From: a virus
Lineage: Duplodnaviria; Caudoviricetes
Strand: one strand, 5' to 3'
Virus record (IMG/VR): IMGVR_UViG_3300015615_000196
Span: 192,001 to 256,000 of that record
DNA length: 64,000 nucleotides
In this document: one piece after another, positions 54,347-62,800 of the stretch
Layout: each line of letters starts with the position of its first letter
How positions within the stretch are numbered: the stretch's first letter is position 1
Notes under the pieces: generated by a model
Told to the model about the DNA's origin: nothing
Database searches by the model: none
Seen by the model: the letters and a program-made list of their open reading frames with translations, nothing else
Program-made: the position numbers and the translations under genes

Positions 54347-56980
54347 ATGTCATTTATACTAAAAACGAACCCTACAGTCATCAACATCAAACTCACCAAT
54401 CTTGGGAGACAAAGCCTTTCACAGGGCACTTTGACCTTTAAGAAGTGGGCAATCGGAGACAGTGAAGTAGATTATTCGTTTAATTCAGATATTGCTTTTG
54501 ATTCATTTCGAGCAACCATACTTAGACCAAAGGATGGTAACCCGAAATTCTTATCTTATATCAAAAGAGACGACTCAGACCCCGCAAGTATATATACGGA
54601 CTTGCCATCGGTAGTTTCAAACACTAACATCATTACGAATACTGCAACAGAGAGAGGTTTCTTCAACATCACGACTGGTGGTACTCAAATTTATACTGAT
54701 GTTATTCATTGTAAGCAGCCTGATATGCAAATCTACATTTCGGGAGCAACTGGTGGCACAAAAATATCAATCAAAAAAGCCCCATCATATATTGCGAATG
54801 TGGTTGAACCTGTAGTTGGTGATTATATTGTTGTTAAGTGGGCTAATCCAATAATTACTGGTGGTACTGTTACTCCAATCGTAAATCAAAATGTACCATA
54901 CATCTGGTATAAGATTCATGCGAAAACTGGTACGTTGAGTGCAAATGATTTACTTGTTACAGTTGACAAACAAACACCTGATTTCAGTGGTTACGTTGGC
55001 AACATTGCATCGGGAGCATTCTGTTATCCGAATAACAACAATAGAGACGTAAGTGGTGACTCGGTACAAACCTACTATAGTACACCATTCGTTACTGATT
55101 TTATTGATGATAGTGTTATCGCATTCTTAGAAAATTGTATTTGTCCAACAAGAGACGTTCCTGTTTGGAATTTGGCCATTGTATTCACAGAAGAAGTGGC
55201 TGGTGTTACTTCAAACATGAGAAACATTTCTCAATATTACACAAAAGGTTTTGGTGGGTTTGTGAGATATATTGAACGTATCAGCACAGACATTAAAAAA
55301 ATTGGCATCATTCACTTCACGAATTCATCACCAAACAACCACTACGGTGAAGGTTTTTTTGATGATACTCCAATTCTTGATTTGCCAACAATCATGTGGC
55401 ATCATGAAACAGGTAATACAATTGGCTTACAATTAACTTCTGCATTTGATGTACAATATTTACCTGATCTTGAAACTCCTTATAGAGATTTGGTTGACAA
55501 ATATGGAACAATTGTAGGCAAGGTTTTTAATGACTTGAAGATTTTCGTAATTGAAGATCAGGAATTATTGTTTGCAATGACCTACAAAGGTAATAGAAAT
55601 TGGACATTGCCAAGACCCACTCTTGCATTGAATACAACCTTGTGTGAGGGTTGTAATTTGATTATAACTACAATAACAACAACACCAGATGATGGATCGA
55701 ATATTGGATCGTTAACAATCAATACTGACTATGGTTTGGGACAGTTATTGTATTCGATAAATGGTTCGATCTTCGTTACTGGAAATACATTCAGTAATTT
55801 GAGCGGTGGAACCTATAATGTAACTGTAATCGATACGGGTGTTAACAACTGTGTTCAAACTCAGATTGTAAGTGTGCCGTTGAATACGACAACTACGACT
55901 ACTACAACGACCACGACAACTACGACTACTACAACGACCACGACAACTACGACCACAACTACAACAACACCGCCTCCACAAGAATTTTGGATAGTAAGGG
56001 ATGGTGGTCAAGTGTTGTATACATTAAATGGTGGGCAAACTTGGGTAGATAGATCAATACCAGCAGCAGTGGTTCCCACAATTGCAAGTCATTTACTTAC
56101 TTATGATATTAGTTTTGTAGGACAAACAGGATATATATTGGGTAATGCTGGTAGTTTATTCCTTGTTAAAACTATTGATGGCGGTCAAAACTGGACAAAT
56201 ATTAGTGCAAAAGTACCGGGCCTTGGAATCACGACAGCACCAACTTCAATGTATGCGATTGATGCAAATACTGTTGTTATTGGAACTGATACTGCTGATT
56301 CGCAGATTTGGAAAACAACTGATGGTGGTGCAACTAATTTTGTTGGATATGCGAAAGGGCCAGCAGCAACAATGAATAGATTAGTCTTCACTTCACAATT
56401 GACTGCATATGCTTCGGATGTATATGCATCTGGCGGCTTCCGCACATATAAATCAACTCTTGGTGGTGCTTCGTTAGTTGGTAAGGATGATGCGGGAATG
56501 AGTAGTGCTTATTTGTTCGACATTTCGGCAATTGGAAACAATGTGGCTGTTGGTGGTGGTTATGATTTGTGGAAGTCAACAAATGGTGCAGGAACTTGGA
56601 CAAAAATAACGACACTTCCTAATCAGGGGAATTATGCTGACGATATTTATGTTTACGCAGTGAAAATATTGAGTAATGGCAATATCATTGTAGCGGGTAC
56701 GACCAGTAGCTATTCACAGAACAAATTTGCTATGTCAAGTGATGGTGTGAATTGGACGGTGACGAATGTTCCAATAACTGGTAATGGTGTTGCTACATCA
56801 TATTATTATCATAATAATATTGATTTTGCACCTGACGAATTACATGGTATTGCAGTAATAAACAGTGGTGACAAAATTATGAGAACTTCTGATGGAGGAT
56901 TAACGTGGACATTGACATCATTGGGCTTTGGAGTTAAATCAATCACGGCAGTTTCCGCAGCAAAATTACCGTTACTATAA
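54347..56980 (+). CDS. Tail protein with SprB-like repeat, poly-Thr linker and BNR-repeat beta-propeller
   Basis: KLTNLGR...WAIGDSEVDY N-terminus; LYSING...FSNLSGGTYNVTVID..C; T28; multiple TxDGGxTW Asp-boxes. Confidence 0.75.
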   Translation: MSFILKTNPTVINIKLTNLGRQSLSQGTLTFKKWAIGDSEVDYSFNSDIAFDSFRATILRPKDGNPKFLSYIKRDDSDPASIYTDLPSVVSNTNIITNTATERGFFNITTGGTQIYTDVIHCKQPDMQIYISGATGGTKISIKKAPSYIANVVEPVVGDYIVVKWANPIITGGTVTPIVNQNVPYIWYKIHAKTGTLSANDLLVTVDKQTPDFSGYVGNIASGAFCYPNNNNRDVSGDSVQTYYSTPFVTDFIDDSVIAFLENCICPTRDVPVWNLAIVFTEEVAGVTSNMRNISQYYTKGFGGFVRYIERISTDIKKIGIIHFTNSSPNNHYGEGFFDDTPILDLPTIMWHHETGNTIGLQLTSAFDVQYLPDLETPYRDLVDKYGTIVGKVFNDLKIFVIEDQELLFAMTYKGNRNWTLPRPTLALNTTLCEGCNLIITTITTTPDDGSNIGSLTINTDYGLGQLLYSINGSIFVTGNTFSNLSGGTYNVTVIDTGVNNCVQTQIVSVPLNTTTTTTTTTTTTTTTTTTTTTTTTTTTTPPPQEFWIVRDGGQVLYTLNGGQTWVDRSIPAAVVPTIASHLLTYDISFVGQTGYILGNAGSLFLVKTIDGGQNWTNISAKVPGLGITTAPTSMYAIDANTVVIGTDTADSQIWKTTDGGATNFVGYAKGPAATMNRLVFTSQLTAYASDVYASGGFRTYKSTLGGASLVGKDDAGMSSAYLFDISAIGNNVAVGGGYDLWKSTNGAGTWTKITTLPNQGNYADDIYVYAVKILSNGNIIVAGTTSSYSQNKFAMSSDGVNWTVTNVPITGNGVATSYYYHNNIDFAPDELHGIAVINSGDKIMRTSDGGLTWTLTSLGFGVKSITAVSAAKLPLL
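55886..55969 (+). repeat. Poly-threonine coding tract (28 ACN codons)
   Basis: Contains a 27-bp unit ACGACAACTACGACTACTACAACGACC twice plus a partial third copy. Confidence 0.95.
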
Positions 56981-56991
56981 TTGATTAAGAA

Positions 56992-57777
56992 ATGAGTGCA
57001 CCTAAAACAATATTCTTTACGTATGTGATGGCAACTTCACCGATAACAGGTGGAACATACACCCATACGTATCAAACTCAAACTAATTTTGGTTATGGGA
57101 CGGCAATTCACTGTAACTATGTAGAGAGATTTGAAGCCGAGTCGTTGGCAAATAAAAACATCAACGTAATCTTACCTGATGGTTCTGCATTTCCTTTCTT
57201 GAGAAATTCATCTGAGATTCAAGCAGGATTTGATGGATGGGGATGGAATGCAAGATACTTGTTTGGCTTGTGTCAGATCGTAGACGGAACTGGAAGTACG
57301 GTAACTGCCGATCCTACCAACTGGTCTGTGATTGATTTAACGCCTCAATTAGACAACTACAATACGTTCTCTGGAACAACCATTCCAGTAACTGCATTTA
57401 ACTCGTCAACGATCATGATTATCCGTATTACGGACGTGATCAACGCACCGAAATATAGCTTGGCATATTTGAACAACCCATCAAAATTGAGTGTGGACGA
57501 CAACAAGTTGGCATTCGGGGAAGAAGCCTTCTTTTTCGGTAACGTAAGAGCCGATATTTTGGCAAGAGCCTACACAACCGAGATTCCAGCAGTACTTCCG
57601 TTGAACCAATACAACTCGACTACCAACCCTACTTGGGATGCTGTTTCCCCGGTGGTAATCAGTGAAATGGGCATTTTTGACGAAAATAACAACCTTGTAG
57701 CCGTAGGGAAGCTAAACAACCCTATCGAAAAGGATTCGACCATCTACCGTACTGTGCTTTTCAGCATAGATTTCTAA
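56992..57777 (+). CDS. Tail/baseplate structural protein
   Basis: C-terminal VVISEMGIFDENNNLVAVGKLNNPIEK motif of tail-fibre attachment domains. Confidence 0.65.
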   Translation: MSAPKTIFFTYVMATSPITGGTYTHTYQTQTNFGYGTAIHCNYVERFEAESLANKNINVILPDGSAFPFLRNSSEIQAGFDGWGWNARYLFGLCQIVDGTGSTVTADPTNWSVIDLTPQLDNYNTFSGTTIPVTAFNSSTIMIIRITDVINAPKYSLAYLNNPSKLSVDDNKLAFGEEAFFFGNVRADILARAYTTEIPAVLPLNQYNSTTNPTWDAVSPVVISEMGIFDENNNLVAVGKLNNPIEKDSTIYRTVLFSIDF

Positions 57778-57806
57778 GGTTTTTTATAAAATTCTGTAAA
57801 TTCTTA

Positions 57807-57814
57807 GTATTTAT
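57807..57814 (+). promoter_or_regulatory. Putative late promoter GTATTTAT
   Basis: Intergenic, before 57839. Confidence 0.6.
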
Positions 57815-57838
57815 TATAAAGATAGATACTTAGAAACT

Positions 57839-58042
57839 ATGGAAGCATTAAAAAAAATCACCGATAAGACATCAAAATCTGTCATTATCGATGGAGACAT
57901 TCACGCACAGCTTAAATCACTTTGTGCTGGCAAGAATTTGAAAATGGGTGGAGTAATCGAGAACCTTATTCGCTTGTACCTAAAGGATTACAAGAACGTA
58001 CAGAAGCAGATCGATAACCTTAACGAATCAGAAGTGGGATAA
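57839..58042 (+). CDS. Ribbon-helix-helix-like DNA-binding protein
   Basis: KSVIIDGDIHAQLKSLCAGKNLKMGGVIENLIRLYL strand-helix-helix pattern. Confidence 0.65.
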   Translation: MEALKKITDKTSKSVIIDGDIHAQLKSLCAGKNLKMGGVIENLIRLYLKDYKNVQKQIDNLNESEVG

Positions 58043-58044
58043 TC

Positions 58045-58650
58045 GTGAAGAAGTACTCGTGGTCAATTGACGTATCGACCTCAAACTTGGGGTCTGCACT
58101 TTGGGATGAAAACGGCAACCTTGTAGAGGTACGCCATTTGGTGTTGAAAAATAACAAAGAGATTCCAGAAGAAGTTCGCTACCTTGATAAGGCCAAGGTA
58201 TTCAAAGATTACGTCCTAAAATTCAAGAAGGAAGTGGAGAGTGCATACAACTGCGAGATCGACAACATCTTTGTGGAAGCACCTCTTCAAAACACTCCTG
58301 TGAACATTGAGACTACGGCCAAACTTCTCGCATTTAATGGTATCGTATGCTATATTTTGGATGAAGTCTTTGAAAAGGCTCCGTATCTCATTACCATCTA
58401 CCAATCTCGTAAACTCTTCTTCCCTGAGCATGTGACTCGTAAGAAGGTGAAAGGGCAGATAAAAGAAACTTTAAGTTTGCCTAAGAATATTGACAAAAAG
58501 CACTATATTTGGGAAAAAGTTGCACGACTTTATCCCCAAATAGCTTGGCACTATAAGAAGGATGGAACTTCTATACGTGATACAAGTTACGATATTTCCG
58601 ACAGCATTGTCGTTGGTTTGGCAGGATTGAAAGTCATGGGACTGCAATAA
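58045..58650 (+). CDS. RuvC-like Holliday junction resolvase
   Basis: SIDVSTSNLG, IFVEAP and DISDS acidic motifs. Confidence 0.75.
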   Translation: MKKYSWSIDVSTSNLGSALWDENGNLVEVRHLVLKNNKEIPEEVRYLDKAKVFKDYVLKFKKEVESAYNCEIDNIFVEAPLQNTPVNIETTAKLLAFNGIVCYILDEVFEKAPYLITIYQSRKLFFPEHVTRKKVKGQIKETLSLPKNIDKKHYIWEKVARLYPQIAWHYKKDGTSIRDTSYDISDSIVVGLAGLKVMGLQ

Positions 58651-58673
58651 CCTGATCATTGTCATGATCATCG

Positions 58674-58979
58674 TTGAAACAAGTCTACTTATTAAAATCT
58701 GATTACACTGGCTACTACAAGATCGGTGTTTCAAAGAACACGGCTCAACGTGTAAAGCAACTCCTGACCGGATCGTCAGAAAATATTTCTATTGTCTTCA
58801 CCTTTGAAAGTACGATACCGTATAAAGTTGAGACAGCCCTTCACAATTTCTTCAAGCAGTATAAAGTAAACAGAGAATGGTATAACCTTTCTTTGGAAGA
58901 TGAAATAGAGTTTCCGGCCCTTTGTGAGAAGACCGAAAAAAACCTGAAATTAGTCCTTGAAAATAATATGAAAATTTAA
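58674..58979 (+). CDS. GIY-YIG superfamily (T5orf172-like) protein
   Basis: VYLL...YYKIGVS...RVKQL.TG...E..LH..F...REWY. Confidence 0.85.
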   Translation: MKQVYLLKSDYTGYYKIGVSKNTAQRVKQLLTGSSENISIVFTFESTIPYKVETALHNFFKQYKVNREWYNLSLEDEIEFPALCEKTEKNLKLVLENNMKI

Positions 58980-58989
58980 GCCAGAAGGC

Positions 58990-59018
58990 TTGTATTTGTG
59001 AAAACTTTGTTATCTTTA
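58990..59018 (+). promoter_or_regulatory. Bacteroidota-type promoter (TTG-N18-TATCTTTA)
   Basis: Resembles the -33 TTTG / -7 TAnnTTTG arrangement. Confidence 0.45.
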
Positions 59019-59053
59019 CAATCGTTGAATCATTTTATTAACCAAACAAACCG

Positions 59054-60538
59054 ATGATCACTGAGAGATTGAGTAATGCAATCAAAATTTTAACCTATGC
59101 AATAAACAATAATCTGAGTCTTGCCGAAGCATGTAGAAGAATGGGTAAAGCCGAGTCCTACGTGCGTAACACACGAAACGAATACAGCGACAAGAATTCT
59201 CCTGAGTACAAAACGATGTTAAAACTGTATGAACAAGTTTTGACTAAAACACTCAGCATCAAAAACCCCCAACCAGTTGCAATCGAAGACGTAGCCAACG
59301 CAGCAGCATCAACAGATGACGAACTTGGCCTCCTACCTCACGATACCGTCATCGAAAAAGAAGAAACACTCCGTACCGAAACCGACAACACACTTGAACT
59401 TGATTTCAGAGGCAATGACTTAGTTCGTACACCTGATCAACTTTTGAGAAAAGCAAAAATCGATCTTTCCGTTTGGAAGGTTGATAGACAAGTAGTGAAC
59501 TGTTGGGATGTCACGATGAAAATTCGTGAGTTCGATGAAAACGGAAAAACTGCTGCCGAGAATCCAACAGTATCACAGAATTTTCAGGTCAAAGTATGGT
59601 TGTCGAAGATTCGTAATACTGAGGAACAAAAAGCATGGGATGACTTCATCGCAGCGATCAAAGCAAATGCACCGAAGTTACCCCCGCCACCCCAAAGATT
59701 TGTCAGCCCCGGCATTTCTACTCGTGAAGGTGGTGAGGTTCCTGCAAGAAAAAAATATCTGTTGGAAGTATCCATTCCTGACTTACACATTGGTAAGTTG
59801 GCATGGGAGGATGAATCAGGTGAGAACTATGACACGAAAATTGCCGTTGAACGTTTCAACGAATGTGTTGAGAACTTACTTGCTCATTCAATGCCATACA
59901 GAAATGATATTGAAGAAATTCTTTTCCCGATTGGTAATGACTTGATCAACATAGACAATATGTCGAACAAGACAACCGCAGGAACAGAACAACGTGTTGA
60001 TTCAAGATGGCAACAGATGTTTATCAAGGCAAAAGACTTGATGATTAAAAACATCGACCGTCTTTCGAAAATCGCTCCGGTACGTGTATTGATGGTAAGT
60101 GGTAACCACGACTATCAAACAGTGTACTACTTGGGTTGTGTGCTTGAAGCATACTACAGCAAGTCTCCTACTGTCACAATCGACAACAGTGCGGAACAAC
60201 GTAAGTACCACGAGTACGGTGTTAATATGATCGGCTTCACTCACGGTAACGAAGAGAAGCACCAAGAATTGGGATTGATCATGGCAACGCAAAAGCCGGA
60301 AATGTGGGCAAGAACAAAGTGCCGTCAAATTCACTTGGGACACTTCCACTCACGCAAGACAACGAAGTACTTGGACGTACAAGAGTTCCAAGGATTCACA
60401 GTGAGAGTGTTACCGTCATTGAGTGGAACTGATGACTGGCACAACCGTAAAGGATATATGAGCATGAAATCAGGTGTCGTCTTTTTGTATGAAAAAACTG
60501 GTGGTCTGGTTGCAGAGTTCTCTCATAACATTATTTAA
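59054..60538 (+). CDS. Calcineurin-like metallophosphoesterase with N-terminal HTH
   Basis: DLHIG, GND, GNHD, HG and GHFH motifs; SLAEACRRMGKAESYVR HTH. Confidence 0.85.
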   Translation: MITERLSNAIKILTYAINNNLSLAEACRRMGKAESYVRNTRNEYSDKNSPEYKTMLKLYEQVLTKTLSIKNPQPVAIEDVANAAASTDDELGLLPHDTVIEKEETLRTETDNTLELDFRGNDLVRTPDQLLRKAKIDLSVWKVDRQVVNCWDVTMKIREFDENGKTAAENPTVSQNFQVKVWLSKIRNTEEQKAWDDFIAAIKANAPKLPPPPQRFVSPGISTREGGEVPARKKYLLEVSIPDLHIGKLAWEDESGENYDTKIAVERFNECVENLLAHSMPYRNDIEEILFPIGNDLINIDNMSNKTTAGTEQRVDSRWQQMFIKAKDLMIKNIDRLSKIAPVRVLMVSGNHDYQTVYYLGCVLEAYYSKSPTVTIDNSAEQRKYHEYGVNMIGFTHGNEEKHQELGLIMATQKPEMWARTKCRQIHLGHFHSRKTTKYLDVQEFQGFTVRVLPSLSGTDDWHNRKGYMSMKSGVVFLYEKTGGLVAEFSHNII

Positions 60539-60551
60539 CAAGCTAAGGGGT

Positions 60552-61109
60552 ATGGAAGAGAATGTACAACCCGAAGAAAGCGGTAAGTTAGTATTACCGC
60601 CAAAAAGTAGTAGTGGTAGTAAGAGTAAAAAGAAATCTACTACGACTGATAAAGACAAAGAAGCGAAAGCTAAAGTACAGGAGTTGTTGAAGAACACTCC
60701 GGTAGCTGCTCTCGTTGGTGCAACCAATGATTCGCAAGTAGTAAAGCCTGAGACCATTTCTCAAGAGAGATCACAAAAATGGCTTGAAGATCAAGTGGAC
60801 ATTTTGAGTAAGCAAGTTGAAGAACTTGAAAACGAGATTGTCTGGTACAAGAGTGAAATGGGTAAGATGCAGCAGAATGCTACACAACTTATTCCCGGTG
60901 GTCAAGGGTTGCAACCCAATCCTGAACTTGAGAGCAATCTTGTAGAATTATTCCGTCATTTTGAAAATCTACATCTACGATACAATCGTGATGGAAATTT
61001 CATGGTAAAAATATCATATCCGGCAACGAGAAATGGTATCCTCGATAAGTTCTTGGAGTACTTCCCGTTCTTACAAAAATATCAACGGTTCCAGAACCCG
61101 AATATGTAA
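60552..61109 (+). CDS. Hypothetical coiled-coil protein
   Basis: ORF 60474-61109; likely ATG at 60552. Confidence 0.65.
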   Translation: MEENVQPEESGKLVLPPKSSSGSKSKKKSTTTDKDKEAKAKVQELLKNTPVAALVGATNDSQVVKPETISQERSQKWLEDQVDILSKQVEELENEIVWYKSEMGKMQQNATQLIPGGQGLQPNPELESNLVELFRHFENLHLRYNRDGNFMVKISYPATRNGILDKFLEYFPFLQKYQRFQNPNM

Positions 61110-61140
61110 AGAAGCTGTTTTGTTTTGCTTTTGTTTGGTT

Positions 61141-61172
61141 AAATCCCACTGATTTTTATCGTGGGATTTTTC
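61141..61172 (+). terminator. Rho-independent terminator
   Basis: AAATCCCAC-N11-GTGGGATTT followed by T-rich sequence. Confidence 0.7.
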
Positions 61173-61176
61173 TTTG

Positions 61177-61184
61177 TATATTTG
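61177..61184 (+). promoter_or_regulatory. Bacteroidota housekeeping -7 element TATATTTG
   Basis: Exact TAnnTTTG match 5 nt before the primase ATG. Confidence 0.55.
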
Positions 61185-61189
61185 CTCAC

Positions 61190-62179
61190 ATGTCGAAATA
61201 CGATGACTTAGCTGGTTTGTTCAGACGCATCTTCTCTGAGGTTCAGAATGAAGGTAGTTCACAAATTCAGGTGAATTGTCCTCGGTGTCAGGAGAGAGAT
61301 AATCTTGATGAACCCGATGGTAAGTTCAACTTGGAAATCAATTTGGACAAACACATGTTCCGTTGCTGGAAATGTGACGAACCAAAGTTTTCTGGCCGTA
61401 GTCTTGAATACTTAATTAAACTTTTCGGTGGGAAGGACGAACTTGAGGAATACAAGCAGGTTCGTGAAGACTACTTCGACATGTTTAATGATGAAGAGAA
61501 GTCCGAAGAGGAAGAAAAGGAAGTCGCAGTAAATCTACCGGATGAATTCATTCCATTCTCTTCAATGGATGAAGACGATCCACAGCATCTTGAAGCATAC
61601 CGCTATCTGGTATTTGATCGTAAGATACCACGAGACATCATGTTCAAGTATAGACTTGGATTTTGTGTTACTGGTCGATTCAAGAACAGAGTGGTCATCC
61701 CTTCATTCGATAAGAATGGAAAGCTGAATTACTTTGTAGCAAGAACGTGGATAAAGGGTGTTAAACCAACGTATTTGAATCCTAAAGTAGAGAAAGGTAA
61801 GTTCATCTACAATGAAGGATTCATAAATTGGGATGCTCCGGTGTATTTAGTAGAAGGGGGATTCGAAGAACTTAGTTTCCCTGTCAATGCAATCCCTTTG
61901 TTGGGTAAAGTAATCGGAGAGAAATTATTTTTCGAACTAAAGGACAAAAAACCGGAAATAATCGTTATATTAGACCCGGATGCAGTAAAGGATGCGATAC
62001 GACTTTACGAACAATTACAAGGTATCTATTACGACTGCACAGAAAAAGTAAAAATAATCATCATGGAGGGAAAGCATGATTTAGACGAAGTAAAGAGAAA
62101 CTTCGATGTAGAGGGTGTCAAGAAAGTCATCCAATCTGCACGGTATTTGAATGATCTTGATTACTTACGTCTCAAATAA
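61190..62179 (+). CDS. DnaG-type DNA primase
   Basis: CPRC...CWKC zinc ribbon, NRVVIP, YLNP and TOPRIM VEG..E / LDPDA. Confidence 0.9.
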   Translation: MSKYDDLAGLFRRIFSEVQNEGSSQIQVNCPRCQERDNLDEPDGKFNLEINLDKHMFRCWKCDEPKFSGRSLEYLIKLFGGKDELEEYKQVREDYFDMFNDEEKSEEEEKEVAVNLPDEFIPFSSMDEDDPQHLEAYRYLVFDRKIPRDIMFKYRLGFCVTGRFKNRVVIPSFDKNGKLNYFVARTWIKGVKPTYLNPKVEKGKFIYNEGFINWDAPVYLVEGGFEELSFPVNAIPLLGKVIGEKLFFELKDKKPEIIVILDPDAVKDAIRLYEQLQGIYYDCTEKVKIIIMEGKHDLDEVKRNFDVEGVKKVIQSARYLNDLDYLRLK

Positions 62180-62203
62180 TCTAAGATGGTATGAGAGATT
62201 TTA

Positions 62204-62776
62204 ATGACTCAAGAAGAAGACAATATTCTGATTGAACAAATCATAAAGAGCAACGATCAAAAGGCTTCAAACAAACTATACAACTGGTACTATAAAGAGG
62301 TAAAGAACCACATCAAAAAGAAGTTTGGCAAAAAACTTTCATCGGACGATGTGGATGATTTGAGTTCAGACGCAATCAGTAAAAGTTTTATAAACCTTAC
62401 TGCATTTGACGCAAACAAGTCGAGTTTCAAAACTTGGCTGTATACGATAGCCGAGAATTTAGCAATTGACCATTCACGTAAACTTGAGAATCGAGTTGAT
62501 CGTGTACATTATCATTATCTGGAAGAAGCAGAGGATCGAAAGTTCGAACTTCCGGCAACAGATAACTACGAAGAGTCGTTTGCAATACGACAAACGGTAA
62601 AATACGGGACATCAAATCTCGATGAACAGACAACCGATATGATTCAGAAGAAATATGTTGAAGGATACTCCCACAATGAGATCGGAGAGTTGTATTCTCT
62701 CACCAGTTCTACGGTTTCCAATAAGATCAACTATGCCAAAAGCAAGATCAGGAACAAGATCGGAAAGCTGAAATAA
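62204..62776 (+). CDS. ECF-type RNA polymerase sigma factor
   Basis: DVDDL..D, FKTWLYTIAENLAIDHSRK (region 2); GYSHNEIGE...STVSNKINYAK (region 4). Confidence 0.9.
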   Translation: MTQEEDNILIEQIIKSNDQKASNKLYNWYYKEVKNHIKKKFGKKLSSDDVDDLSSDAISKSFINLTAFDANKSSFKTWLYTIAENLAIDHSRKLENRVDRVHYHYLEEAEDRKFELPATDNYEESFAIRQTVKYGTSNLDEQTTDMIQKKYVEGYSHNEIGELYSLTSSTVSNKINYAKSKIRNKIGKLK

Positions 62777-62788
62777 ACACATAAAGGA

Positions 62789-62796
62789 GTATTTAT
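62789..62796 (+). promoter_or_regulatory. Putative late promoter GTATTTAT
   Basis: 4 nt before ATG 62801. Confidence 0.6.
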
Positions 62797-62800
62797 TTTT

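Noticed and set aside
58651-58979. GIY-YIG gene as a mobile homing element with a TGATCA-N6-TGATCA boundary
   Set aside because: Short single domain, no interrupted gene and no target duplication; insufficient support.
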